Origin: Oscillospiraceae bacterium
GTDB taxonomy: Bacteria > Bacillota > Clostridia > Oscillospirales > SIG627
DNA: 64,000 nt
Assembly (NCBI GenBank): GCA_015065265.1
Contig: SVQQ01000002.1
Span: 21,582 to 85,581 of the forward strand
Direction of reading: 5' to 3'
The notes under the pieces were generated by a model that worked only from the letters and a program-made list of their open reading frames with translations, was not told the origin of the DNA and did not search any database. This document shows positions 48,391-56,850 of this stretch, piece by piece. Position 1 is the first letter of the stretch; each line of letters begins with the position of its first letter. Made by a program: the position numbers and the translations under genes.

Positions 48391-48999
48391 ATGCGAAGCA
48401 AAAAGAACCCAGAGTACTTGAAGATGTTAGAGGAATTCATTGACGAGTACATAGAAAAGAATCATACAGCACCTACCATATCCGAAATTACCGATGGAGT
48501 TGAATTGCCCCGTTCAACTGTCGGCAGATATATCGCGTATATGCGCGAGCAAGGTGTAATTGATTACGAAGGACATCGTAGCATAACCACGCGCCAGGTG
48601 CAAAAAACGAACAGTGAATCTGTAAAGGTACCGGTGCTCGGTAGCGTTTCATGCGGCGTTCCAAAGCTCGCTATTGAGAACATTGAAGAATATATCCGCC
48701 TGCCCGTCGCCTTGTTCGGCAGGGGAGATTTCTTTATCCTTCGCGCTAACGGTGATTCCATGATAGAAGCAGGAATCGAAGACGGAGACCTCGTCCTTAT
48801 CCGCGTTCAGAACTATGCCGATCCAGGACAGATTGTAGTTGCCTTAATGGACGATGAGGCAACACTTAAACGATTCTATCCCGAACCGGAGAAACGAAGA
48901 ATAAGACTACACCCCGAGAACAGCGCCTTAAAAGACATTTATGTAAAGGAATGCATCATACAAGGAATAGCGGTAAAGGTGCTGAAAGACCTCGAATAA
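48391..48999 (+). CDS. LexA/CI-like S24-peptidase repressor
   Basis: N-terminal wHTH. GDSM catalytic Ser and ATLKRF Lys. Putative cleavage region VSCGVP. ATG at 48391 follows GAAGGAGG. Confidence 0.8.
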   Translation: MRSKKNPEYLKMLEEFIDEYIEKNHTAPTISEITDGVELPRSTVGRYIAYMREQGVIDYEGHRSITTRQVQKTNSESVKVPVLGSVSCGVPKLAIENIEEYIRLPVALFGRGDFFILRANGDSMIEAGIEDGDLVLIRVQNYADPGQIVVALMDDEATLKRFYPEPEKRRIRLHPENSALKDIYVKECIIQGIAVKVLKDLE

Positions 49000-49018
49000 C
49001 AGATTGGAGGATTTATGC

Positions 49019-49210
49019 ATGGAACGTTATGATGTTAAGTGTCCTATTTGCGAGACATTAAACCGCAACCTCGACTTGGAGGATTCAAAAGGCTGGATGG
49101 AATGTGAACACTGCAAAACCGCAAGTAAAGTTTTGGGTGTTCTTCCTAAAGATAAAGTTGTAAAGATACCAGTATACACTATGAAGCAGGCAGCAGCCAT
49201 GATAAGATAA
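49019..49210 (+). CDS. small zinc-ribbon protein (Com-like, tentative)
   Basis: CPIC...CEHC. 63 aa. SD GGAGGA. Confidence 0.45.
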   Translation: MERYDVKCPICETLNRNLDLEDSKGWMECEHCKTASKVLGVLPKDKVVKIPVYTMKQAAAMIR

Positions 49211-49238
49211 AACTATGTGAACGATATAAGGAGTAACG

Positions 49239-49433
49239 ATGCAGAGAATTGATGAATGGGTACCATTCCAATGGCATTGCGTTAACTGCGGGAATATCGT
49301 CACAGGCTTCAAAAATAGCAGAGGCGACATAAAAGTAGAATGTAAAAAGTGTCATACGGTAATGGTCAGAACAATAAAAAATCCTAAAAGAGATACCTTT
49401 CAGGTGTTCGCCCCAGCGGAAGCAGGCGAATAA
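49239..49433 (+). CDS. small zinc-ribbon protein (Com-like, tentative)
   Basis: CVNC...CKKC. 64 aa. SD AAGGAG. Confidence 0.45.
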   Translation: MQRIDEWVPFQWHCVNCGNIVTGFKNSRGDIKVECKKCHTVMVRTIKNPKRDTFQVFAPAEAGE

Positions 49434-49597
49434 AAAGTTAAAATGCTGGTATGCCGACGGCTTGGTTGCATTTCGCGTGATTCCACTGTCCAGGTCACAT
49501 ACCAGAATTGCTTTGAAAAGCTACCCGACGGTTTTGGCAACCGGTTAACCGGCAGATAAGTCCTTAATCATATCAGTAGCAGCGATGTGTGAATTAT

Positions 49598-49665
49598 AAA
49601 GCCATCGACTTAGCAGTTTCTATCCTACGGGATAGGACTGTTTTGTCGGTGGCTTTTTTATTTTA
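49598..49665 (+). terminator. long-stem rho-independent terminator closing a 220-nt non-coding stretch
   Basis: GCCATCGAC...(inner TATCC-tacg-GGATA)...GTCGGTGGC followed by TTTTTTATTTT. Confidence 0.6.
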
Positions 49666-49750
49666 TCTAGTAATACATTTTTCGACAAGTGAATATTATA
49701 AAAATAGAAGCCCGTCGAAAAAAATTAGAAAAAATCGAAAAAACTTTTTT

Positions 49751-49775
49751 GAACTCGACATTAGGTGTCGAGTTC
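49751..49775. promoter_or_regulatory. perfect 10-bp inverted repeat upstream of the HTH gene (candidate operator)
   Basis: GAACTCGACA-ttagg-TGTCGAGTTC. Confidence 0.35.
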
Positions 49776-49820
49776 AGGAGATAAAATTGTGTCAACAAAG
49801 GCAGAAAGGAGGTGCAGAGC

Positions 49821-50162
49821 ATGCGTACTGCAAATGAACGCAGACAACGAATTCTTGAAATTTTGAGTGATAGACGCGAAACAACGCGTAAAGCATTAGC
49901 AACAGAACTTTGCGTATCAACCAGAACAATTGAACGCGATATTGTTGAGCTAACGTGCTCTGCACCGATTTTCACAGTGCAAGGTGGCGGCGGTGGCATT
50001 CGTGTCGCGGACGGATGGTACATAGGCCGCAGATACCTACATAAAGAACAAGAAGAATTGCTTCAGCAACTGATGAACGGACTGCAGCCGGATCAGCAGA
50101 AAACGATGCAAAGTATTCTTGAAGCCTTTGCAATACCTAAAGTAAAGGAGGCAAAGAATTGA
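49821..50162 (+). CDS. HTH-domain protein (DeoR/HTH_11-like N-terminus)
   Basis: RRQRILEILSDRRETTRKALATELCVSTRTIERDIVEL. ATG lies 8 nt after AAAGGAGG. Confidence 0.6.
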   Translation: MRTANERRQRILEILSDRRETTRKALATELCVSTRTIERDIVELTCSAPIFTVQGGGGGIRVADGWYIGRRYLHKEQEELLQQLMNGLQPDQQKTMQSILEAFAIPKVKEAKN

Positions 50163-50476
50163 ATGCAATAAAAGACGGAAACCACATCAAGATTTACGAT
50201 GCATTCCTTATAAAAGAAAGCATCAAAGAAATCAATGGTAGATTTTATGACGCAGATGACAAAGCGTGGGTTGTTCCGCACACAAAAGAAAATGCAGCGC
50301 TGTTAGGACTACTCGGCGTTTCGCTGTCAGATGAGCTCATATCCCCTACGGAAGAAGCCCCCGCACATGACGAAACCCCGATAATACCGATGCCGATAAA
50401 AGCAACACCGTATCAGCATCAGGTGCGAGCATACAACTTCGCACTCAGAGCCTTCGGAATAGGAGGCAAAACATGA
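50159..50476 (+). CDS. N-terminal fragment of a phage-type SNF2 helicase (gene in pieces)
   Basis: Ends with ATPYQHQVRAYNFALRAF, the Q-motif region that normally sits just before the SNF2 Walker A. The stop overlaps the HNH start (ATGA). Confidence 0.5.
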   Translation: MNAIKDGNHIKIYDAFLIKESIKEINGRFYDADDKAWVVPHTKENAALLGLLGVSLSDELISPTEEAPAHDETPIIPMPIKATPYQHQVRAYNFALRAFGIGGKT

Positions 50477-50877
50477 TAGTTGCGTGTGACGAATGTGGTA
50501 AAAGCATTGAAAGAAAGAAACCACGCGAGCATAACTTTTGCTGCGCAAAACACAGAGACATGTGGATGCGGAAGCATTGCGACTTTGCGGGTATATCACG
50601 CGGCCACAAAGCAGAGCATTTAACAAAGCTCAACCGTGAGCGCAACCCGCTATGCAGAGTGGCACCACGCGGAAAAGTCAATTCCAAGAAGGCACGCAGC
50701 ATGGCGGAAGGATATATCGGCAGACCGCTTCGTAAAGGTGAAATAGTACACCATATGAATGGTAAAGCGTCAGACAACAGCCCGCAGAATCTTCTCGTTA
50801 TGACGGACAGGCAGCACAGACAGCTACATATGGCGCTGGCAATGGAACAGATGGAAGGTGGCGATGACGATGAGTAA
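50473..50877 (+). CDS. HNH homing-type endonuclease
   Basis: N-terminal CDECG...CCAKH zinc finger. EIVHHMNGKASDNSPQNLLVMTDRQHRQLH HNH core. Confidence 0.85.
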   Translation: MIVACDECGKSIERKKPREHNFCCAKHRDMWMRKHCDFAGISRGHKAEHLTKLNRERNPLCRVAPRGKVNSKKARSMAEGYIGRPLRKGEIVHHMNGKASDNSPQNLLVMTDRQHRQLHMALAMEQMEGGDDDE

Positions 50878-52984
50878 AGGATGCGCTTTCCTAATGGACA
50901 TGGGTACCGGTAAAACAATTACAACAATTGCCGTAGCAGGAGCATTGAACGGAAAGCATAAAGTAAAGAATTTGCTTGTCGTTTCACCTAAGTCGATTGT
51001 TACTGTGTGGCAGCAGGAGTTTGAAAAATTTGCAGACTTTCCATATCAGCTGGCAGTGCTGGATGGTACCGGCAATAAGAAGGCCGATACTATCAGGTAC
51101 ATGGTAGGCACAGGACTGCAGGTAATCGTTGTGAATTATGAAAGCTGCTGGCGCTTAGAGGATGAGCTCATGCGCTGGAAGCCAGACATGATTGTTTGTG
51201 ATGAGAGCAGCAAGATAAAAAATCCGCAGGCAAAGTGTTCAAAGGCACTACACAAACTTGGTAAGGTCAGTGAATACAACCTCATTCTGACAGGCACACC
51301 GATAACAAACAGCCCGCTCGACTTCTTCAGTCAATACAAGTTTCTTGACGAGACTATATTTGGAAGCAGCTTTTACGCCTTCCGCAGCAAATATGCAATA
51401 CTCGGCGGATTCCAAAATCACCAGATTGTAGGATATAAAAACCTGCAGGAGCTGGTGGAAAAAGCACACGGAATCGCGTATCGAATAAAGCTGGATGAAG
51501 CGGTGGAATTACCGGAGTTCGTTGAGGAGATGCGACCAGTGGAACTGGAGAAAAAGGCGCAGCAGATATATGCTGACCCAGGAATATCAGGCACCAGAGC
51601 AGAAAGACGTCCAGATTTCCTCCGAATGATAGAAGACTGCAGGCAGGGCAAAATACAGAAAGTGCTGGTAAAGTCAATCAGCCGATTCGCAAGAAACACA
51701 GTTGACGCGCTAAACTACATCCGCGAACTGAAAGACTTAAACATAAGCGTATACTTCGAAAACGAAAACATTGACACACTGACACCAGGCGGCGAAGTGC
51801 TACTAACCATACTTGCAGCGATGGCAGAGCAGGAATCGCGTACAATGAGTACAAATATAAAATGGGCGTACAGGAAACGCTTCGAGTCGGGAGAGGTCAT
51901 TCTCAACACAGGGCTGATGCTCGGATACACAAAGGTCGGTAAAGACGAAGAAGGTCACGCAGTATACGAAATAAACGAAGAAGAAGCAGAAATTGTGCGA
52001 CGCATATATCGAGAATATACATCAGGAGCAACACTCTCACGAATCGCGAAAAGACTGGAAGCAGATGGCATACAAACAAAACTTGGCAAACAAGAATGGT
52101 GTGTATCGGTAATCAGGAGCATACTCACAAACGAAAAATACACCGGATGCGCAATACTCGGAAAGACATTCAAACCTGACGTGCTAACAAAGTACAGGCA
52201 GAAAAACACCGGTCAAGCTCCGATGTTCTATACCGAAGGCACTCACCCTGCGATAATCGATAAAGAACTGTTCGAGCTTGCAAAAGACGAGATGCAGCGC
52301 AGACGCGATACGAAAGCAGAAGCAGTCGGAAACACAAGATTCAGCAGCAAATACCCGTTCAGCGGATTGCTAATATGTCACTCCTGCGGACACAAATATC
52401 GTAGACATACAAGAAAAGTCGGTGAGAAAAAGAGAGTTCCTGCATGGGCGTGTGCGTACAAAGTAAATAACGGCAAAGGCTCATGCGAATCTCATCACAT
52501 AAACGAAACGGTCATAGAACAAACATACCTTGCAGCAATAAGACGTATGGTAGAAGATGCCGACGAAATAATTGCCCTGGTAAGAGAAAGCACACAGTTA
52601 GCGATGGAACCTGAAAATGCTGCGGCGATAGCGGCAACGGAACAAGAAATCGTCGAAGTGCAAGAAGCCGTTCTCAAACTTCACAAAGAGAAGCAAGCGC
52701 AGATAGTGAGCTCTGCAGAGTACAACAGGCAAATGTCACAGTACAAAGAAAGGATGCAGACGCTCGAAAGCAAGATGAGTGAACTACAAACCGCAGGAAA
52801 TCGGTACTCGAAAGTAGAAAAATGGTTGGAGGTATTCGCGGAGCATACAAAGAACAGCGAAACAGTCAACGAGATAGACGGAATAATGGTAAAGGCGCTG
52901 GTAGACCATATCATCATAAAGGACACCAGCATGGAAATACACTTCAAATGCGGAGCAACAATAGAACAGGACTACGTAAAATGA
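50858..52984 (+). pseudogene. chimeric ORF: SNF2 helicase ATPase N-lobe (to about 51565) fused in frame to a 5'-truncated large serine recombinase (about 51566-52984)
   Basis: N part: MDMGTGKT (I), VCDESSKIKN (II), LTGTPITNS (III). From IYADPGISGTRAERRPDFLRMIE...SISRFARN...AEQESR onward it is resolvase domain, recombinase domain, zinc ribbon (CHSCGHKY...CAYK) and coiled coil. The first 45 or so aa, which carry the catalytic Ser, are missing. Confidence 0.65.
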
Positions 52985-52988
52985 TAGA

Positions 52989-53030
52989 AGCCCTCGGCAT
53001 CAGAAAACTGGTGCTGAGGGCTATTTTTGT
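52989..53030 (+). terminator. rho-independent terminator
   Basis: AGCCCTCGGCATCAG-aaaa-CTGGTGCTGAGGGCT (two G-U pairs) followed by ATTTTTGTTT. Confidence 0.8.
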
Positions 53031-53091
53031 TTAAAAGAGTAACGAAATCGTTACGTTTAACTGTTAAAGGTGATATTTTCGCTCCGAAAGG

Positions 53092-53120
53092 TTGAAAAAG
53101 ACACAAAATTATGATAAAAT
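53092..53120 (+). promoter_or_regulatory. sigma-A-type promoter of the orphan six-gene operon
   Basis: TTGAAA, 17 nt, TGATAAAAT (extended -10). The track ORF start at 53111 lies inside this promoter. Confidence 0.55.
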
Positions 53121-53158
53121 TAAAAATGTTATTTAAGACTACACAAAGGAGGCGCAAC

Positions 53159-54754
53159 ATGGAAAATAAGACATTTATATCGGAAGTGTCAAACGGAGGA
53201 AATCCAAATCCAAAAGACAATATTTTTGCTGGCATTTGGAAGCAGTACGAAAGAGTTGTGCTTCATAGTTTGATAACGTCATTTGGTCTTGATTTTCTTG
53301 TTCACGACCAGGTTGGCGGAGATGTAGACACAGTTCATGGCGTCCGTGAAGGCATTGCATATAAGAACCCTGATAATGCGGCAGCGTATGAAGCACGCGG
53401 TTATTATGATACAGCGGCATATCATGGCGATGACAGATATAAAATGCGTGTGCAGGAAGCAAGAGCAGCATTTAATAGTGAAGGCATAAGGGTTGAAGAT
53501 GCGTATGTGCCTGGCAGACTTCTCTCTTTTACAAAGGCATCAGCTGTAGGAACAACAGGACGCGCAAACCTTGATCACGTTGTTGCAGCAAAGGAAATAC
53601 ACGAAGACAGAGGCAGAATATTAGCAGGAATAGATGGCGTAGATTTAGCAAACAGTGAATACAATTTGCGTTTCACAAACGAAAACCTTAATAAGTCAAA
53701 AGGTGCTGATTCCGTTGAAGAAGTGCTGAACAGAAAAAGTCATAACTTCGATGGTGAAAAAGGTCGAAAAATACCGGATGAGGTTGCCGATAAAATGCGC
53801 GAGGAAGACAAACAAGCCCGCGCACATATGGACAAAGAAATTGAGACGACATACTATTCGAGCGCACGCTTTTTAGAAGATGCGGCCGTTGCCGCTTGCC
53901 AGCGTGGTGTCGAGATGGGTATGCGACAAGCTGTTGGATTCTATTTTTTAGAAATATGGCTCGCTTGCGAGGAGGAATTTGAAGGCATCAATGCGCATTG
54001 TGAAATAGCGACAGTTATTGCAGCTATAAAAAACGGTGTTGCAAAGGGCTCTGAAAACGCATTAAAAAAATACAAAGAGTTATTCAGAAATTTTGGTGAG
54101 GGATTTGTTGCAGGAGCAATGGCCAGCTTGACAACCACACTTATAAACATTTTTGTAACTACAGACAGGAATACTGCCAGATACATAAGACAGGCATCAG
54201 CAGCAGTCGTTCAGGCGGGAAATATTTTGATCATAAATCCGAACAATTTGCTCATCGGCGAACAGCTGAAAGCAGCCACTGTAACATTAGCTACAGGAGC
54301 GAGTGTCATAGCAGGAACAGCAGCAGGCAGTCTTATAGAAAAGACACCAATATATAAAGTACCGGAAGTCGGCAAATTCGTTCAGATATTCTGTTCGACA
54401 TTGGTCAGCGGATTATTGTCTTGCACGTTACTTATAATGCTTGACAGGAGCAAGTTTATCAATAACCTTGTAGCAGCGCTGAATAAATACGAAGATGAAA
54501 CGCGCAATTATGTGAAGCTGGCAGAAGAATTTTCTCGTATGGCAGCGGAAATGGAAAACTACGATATAGCCACATTCCGTGCTGACGTGATGCGGTTCTA
54601 CGATGTTACATATAGAATTGCTGCAGCGACAAATGAAGAAGAAATGGAGAGAGTTCTGCTTTCCGTTTGCACTATTTTTGATATTGATATGCCCTGGGGT
54701 GAAGATTTAGATAGTTTCATGGGCGATTCAAGCAACAAACTGGTGTTCAACTAA
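53159..54754 (+). CDS. gene A: N-terminal HNH-like (beta-beta-alpha-Me) domain, 3-4 hydrophobic helices, C-terminal helical domain. Function unknown.
   Basis: ATG follows AAGGAGG. LDHVVAAKEIHEDRG...YNLRFTNENLNKSKG (aa 138-182) resembles Cys-less HNH. Hydrophobic segments at aa 314-334, 346-367, 371-392 and 405-428. Confidence 0.65.
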   Translation: MENKTFISEVSNGGNPNPKDNIFAGIWKQYERVVLHSLITSFGLDFLVHDQVGGDVDTVHGVREGIAYKNPDNAAAYEARGYYDTAAYHGDDRYKMRVQEARAAFNSEGIRVEDAYVPGRLLSFTKASAVGTTGRANLDHVVAAKEIHEDRGRILAGIDGVDLANSEYNLRFTNENLNKSKGADSVEEVLNRKSHNFDGEKGRKIPDEVADKMREEDKQARAHMDKEIETTYYSSARFLEDAAVAACQRGVEMGMRQAVGFYFLEIWLACEEEFEGINAHCEIATVIAAIKNGVAKGSENALKKYKELFRNFGEGFVAGAMASLTTTLINIFVTTDRNTARYIRQASAAVVQAGNILIINPNNLLIGEQLKAATVTLATGASVIAGTAAGSLIEKTPIYKVPEVGKFVQIFCSTLVSGLLSCTLLIMLDRSKFINNLVAALNKYEDETRNYVKLAEEFSRMAAEMENYDIATFRADVMRFYDVTYRIAAATNEEEMERVLLSVCTIFDIDMPWGEDLDSFMGDSSNKLVFN

Positions 54755-54774
54755 AATAGTGTGGAGGAAAATTT

Positions 54775-55689
54775 ATGTTTATTATACGATGGATAATAGA
54801 AAAACTCGCAAAATTCTTTTCATCTAAAGCAGGTAAAATTGCTGCTTGGATTGGGGTTGGCGTAGGCGCAGGTGCAGCAGCATACGGCGGTGTAGAGATA
54901 GGTAAAGCTGTGAAATTAAGTAAACGCGCACAGAAAATCAGAGATGAAGCGTTGCAGCGACATGAAGAACATTACAACAAAGTACAAAGCGCATTGGAAG
55001 CAGCCGGCAATAAGAAACTTGCGGTGGTGAAATCTTTTGAAGATTTTGCAAACCAAATGGAAAAGCTACAAGGAAGACCAGAGTTTGCTGATATTATGCC
55101 AAATGACTGTGATTTGCCTAAATTCACAGCAGAAGATTTGAAAGTGATTTCAAACAAAGTCGCGTTAGCAGTTGAAGGCGCAGCATTTGCAGGAGCAGGC
55201 GCAGGGATTGGTATTGCCGCATATGGCTTAAATGTTTTTGCATTCGGACCCGGTGTATTGTTTGCTGGTGTAGGAATACTTGTAGCAGGAGAACACATTA
55301 AGAAGAAAGCCATTGAAAATAACAAACAGGCAAAATTACTTTCAAAAGAAGTAAAGCAGATTGTGGCGCAATATGATGAGCTTACGGATGCGGCAGAAAA
55401 TTTGACGAAGCAGCTTGATGATATTTATTCGCAGTATCAGAGATATTTTGGTAAGATGAAAAAAATACTTGCAAAGAAGACCCAGTGGAACGACCTCGCA
55501 GAAAAGGAACAGCGGGTAATAAAAGATACTGTCATGTTAGTAGGGACATTGTTTGAGCTTTGCAAAATAGAGCTTGTTGTGAAAGAAAGAAAAACGGAAA
55601 GCATCAATACTGAAGCAGTCAAAAAGTCAGAAGTTACAGTAGATAAGACATTGAAACGAACAAAAAAGAAGTTTTTAATCTTCGGATAA
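54775..55689 (+). CDS. gene B: glycine-zipper/coiled-coil membrane protein, function unknown
   Basis: SD GGAGGA. G/A-rich hydrophobic segments at aa 21-40 (AAWIGVGVGAGAAAYGG) and aa 129-172 (AFAGAGAGIGIAAYGLNVFAFGPGVLFAGVGILVAG), separated and followed by charged helical regions. Confidence 0.6.
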   Translation: MFIIRWIIEKLAKFFSSKAGKIAAWIGVGVGAGAAAYGGVEIGKAVKLSKRAQKIRDEALQRHEEHYNKVQSALEAAGNKKLAVVKSFEDFANQMEKLQGRPEFADIMPNDCDLPKFTAEDLKVISNKVALAVEGAAFAGAGAGIGIAAYGLNVFAFGPGVLFAGVGILVAGEHIKKKAIENNKQAKLLSKEVKQIVAQYDELTDAAENLTKQLDDIYSQYQRYFGKMKKILAKKTQWNDLAEKEQRVIKDTVMLVGTLFELCKIELVVKERKTESINTEAVKKSEVTVDKTLKRTKKKFLIFG

Positions 55690-55717
55690 AAGCGGTTTCA
55701 ACTGCAGGAGGAATAAC

Positions 55718-56836
55718 ATGATTTATAAAAATACAGGATTCAGGGCGTTATATAAGAATTTTTGCGCCTTTCCATTAACAGATAAATATAGAGAATGCAT
55801 GAAAGAGTACCCGAATATAGAGCAGGCAAACTGCATGCTGGTATATGGCTACATAGACACAGAAGCAGGATTGACGCTTGAAGTTCTCGCAGCAGGATAC
55901 CAGGAAGACGATAGTTATCGTTTCTTTGATGGAAGCGATAGAACACGTTTCTTTATTCGCGTAGGAGCCGTTGAAAATGAGGAGTTCGGATATTTCGGTG
56001 ATAACGAAGATTTTCGTAAGCGCTATGCAGAAAAGCTGGATATGATAAAAGACTATGCTGCAGATGAAGAAGTTGAAAAATCACGCGAAATGGGCTTCCT
56101 CGATGGCAGCAGGCATCCGCATTATCCAGACGACGTACAGGTGCTTTTGGTAAGAGAAGGATTTAATACGGAGGCGTGCTGGGTGCGCATAGTCGGGCTT
56201 GGTGAACATTGGATAATGGGTACTTTGCTCAATGAGCCGGAGCAGGCATTTGGATATCACATAGGAGAAAAGATAGCATTTTTCGTACAGGAAAATGCAG
56301 ATAAAGAGGTCATTTGCTATTCGGATATGACACCGAGCAAAAAACTCACAGCAGAGGATTTAGCAGATGGAACTATGCTGAAGGCAGCAGTAAAGACATT
56401 CAACGAAGAAAGAACAGAGCCACATTTTATTGAAGTGCTTGAATTGCTTCGTGACAGTTATGTTTGGATTCCTTGTAACGCTGTGCTTGGAGAAGCAGAT
56501 ATAGCAGCAATGCAAAAAGCTATCGACGAAGCAGGCGACGACCTTTCGTCTATGGTAGGACAGACATTTACAAACACAGAGAACATAAGAATGGTGCCGG
56601 ATATATTGCAGAACGGCAACGACTTTTTCTTCCCGATATTCTCAAGCTGTGAAGAAATGGGCGAATACGGACAAGGCTTCTCAAAGGTTGAAAAGCATTT
56701 TATGGAGGCACTGACGATGGCAGTTAACAATGACCGAGATTTAAAAGGTATCGTGTTAAATGCTTTTTCGGAACCGTTCATACTCGATAAGGAAATATTT
56801 GATATAGTACAAAACATGAAATCACGTATAGAATAA
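55718..56836 (+). CDS. gene C: DUF2314-like plus SseB-like two-domain protein (tentative)
   Basis: SD AGGAGG. ACWVRIVGLGEHWIMGTLLNEPEQAFGYHIGEKIAFF resembles DUF2314. The C-terminal half (VWIPCNAV...FFFPIFSSCEEM...LNAFSEPFIL) resembles the SseB family. Confidence 0.55.
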   Translation: MIYKNTGFRALYKNFCAFPLTDKYRECMKEYPNIEQANCMLVYGYIDTEAGLTLEVLAAGYQEDDSYRFFDGSDRTRFFIRVGAVENEEFGYFGDNEDFRKRYAEKLDMIKDYAADEEVEKSREMGFLDGSRHPHYPDDVQVLLVREGFNTEACWVRIVGLGEHWIMGTLLNEPEQAFGYHIGEKIAFFVQENADKEVICYSDMTPSKKLTAEDLADGTMLKAAVKTFNEERTEPHFIEVLELLRDSYVWIPCNAVLGEADIAAMQKAIDEAGDDLSSMVGQTFTNTENIRMVPDILQNGNDFFFPIFSSCEEMGEYGQGFSKVEKHFMEALTMAVNNDRDLKGIVLNAFSEPFILDKEIFDIVQNMKSRIE

Positions 56837-56850
56837 AAAAGGAGGCAGCC

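Noticed and set aside
50440-50900. The HNH ORF could be carried by a self-splicing group I intron inside the SNF2 gene.
   Set aside because: The interruption is about 400 nt and is filled almost entirely by the 405-nt HNH ORF. That leaves no room for a ribozyme core. The ORFs are translationally coupled instead. A free-standing endonuclease insertion is more parsimonious, but RT-PCR would be needed to exclude splicing.
53111-53158. The upstream ATG (MIKLKMLFKTTQRRRN...) is given as the start of gene A in the track.
   Set aside because: These codons overlap the predicted -10 element and transcription start. The ATG at 53159 has a perfect AAGGAGG SD at the right distance.
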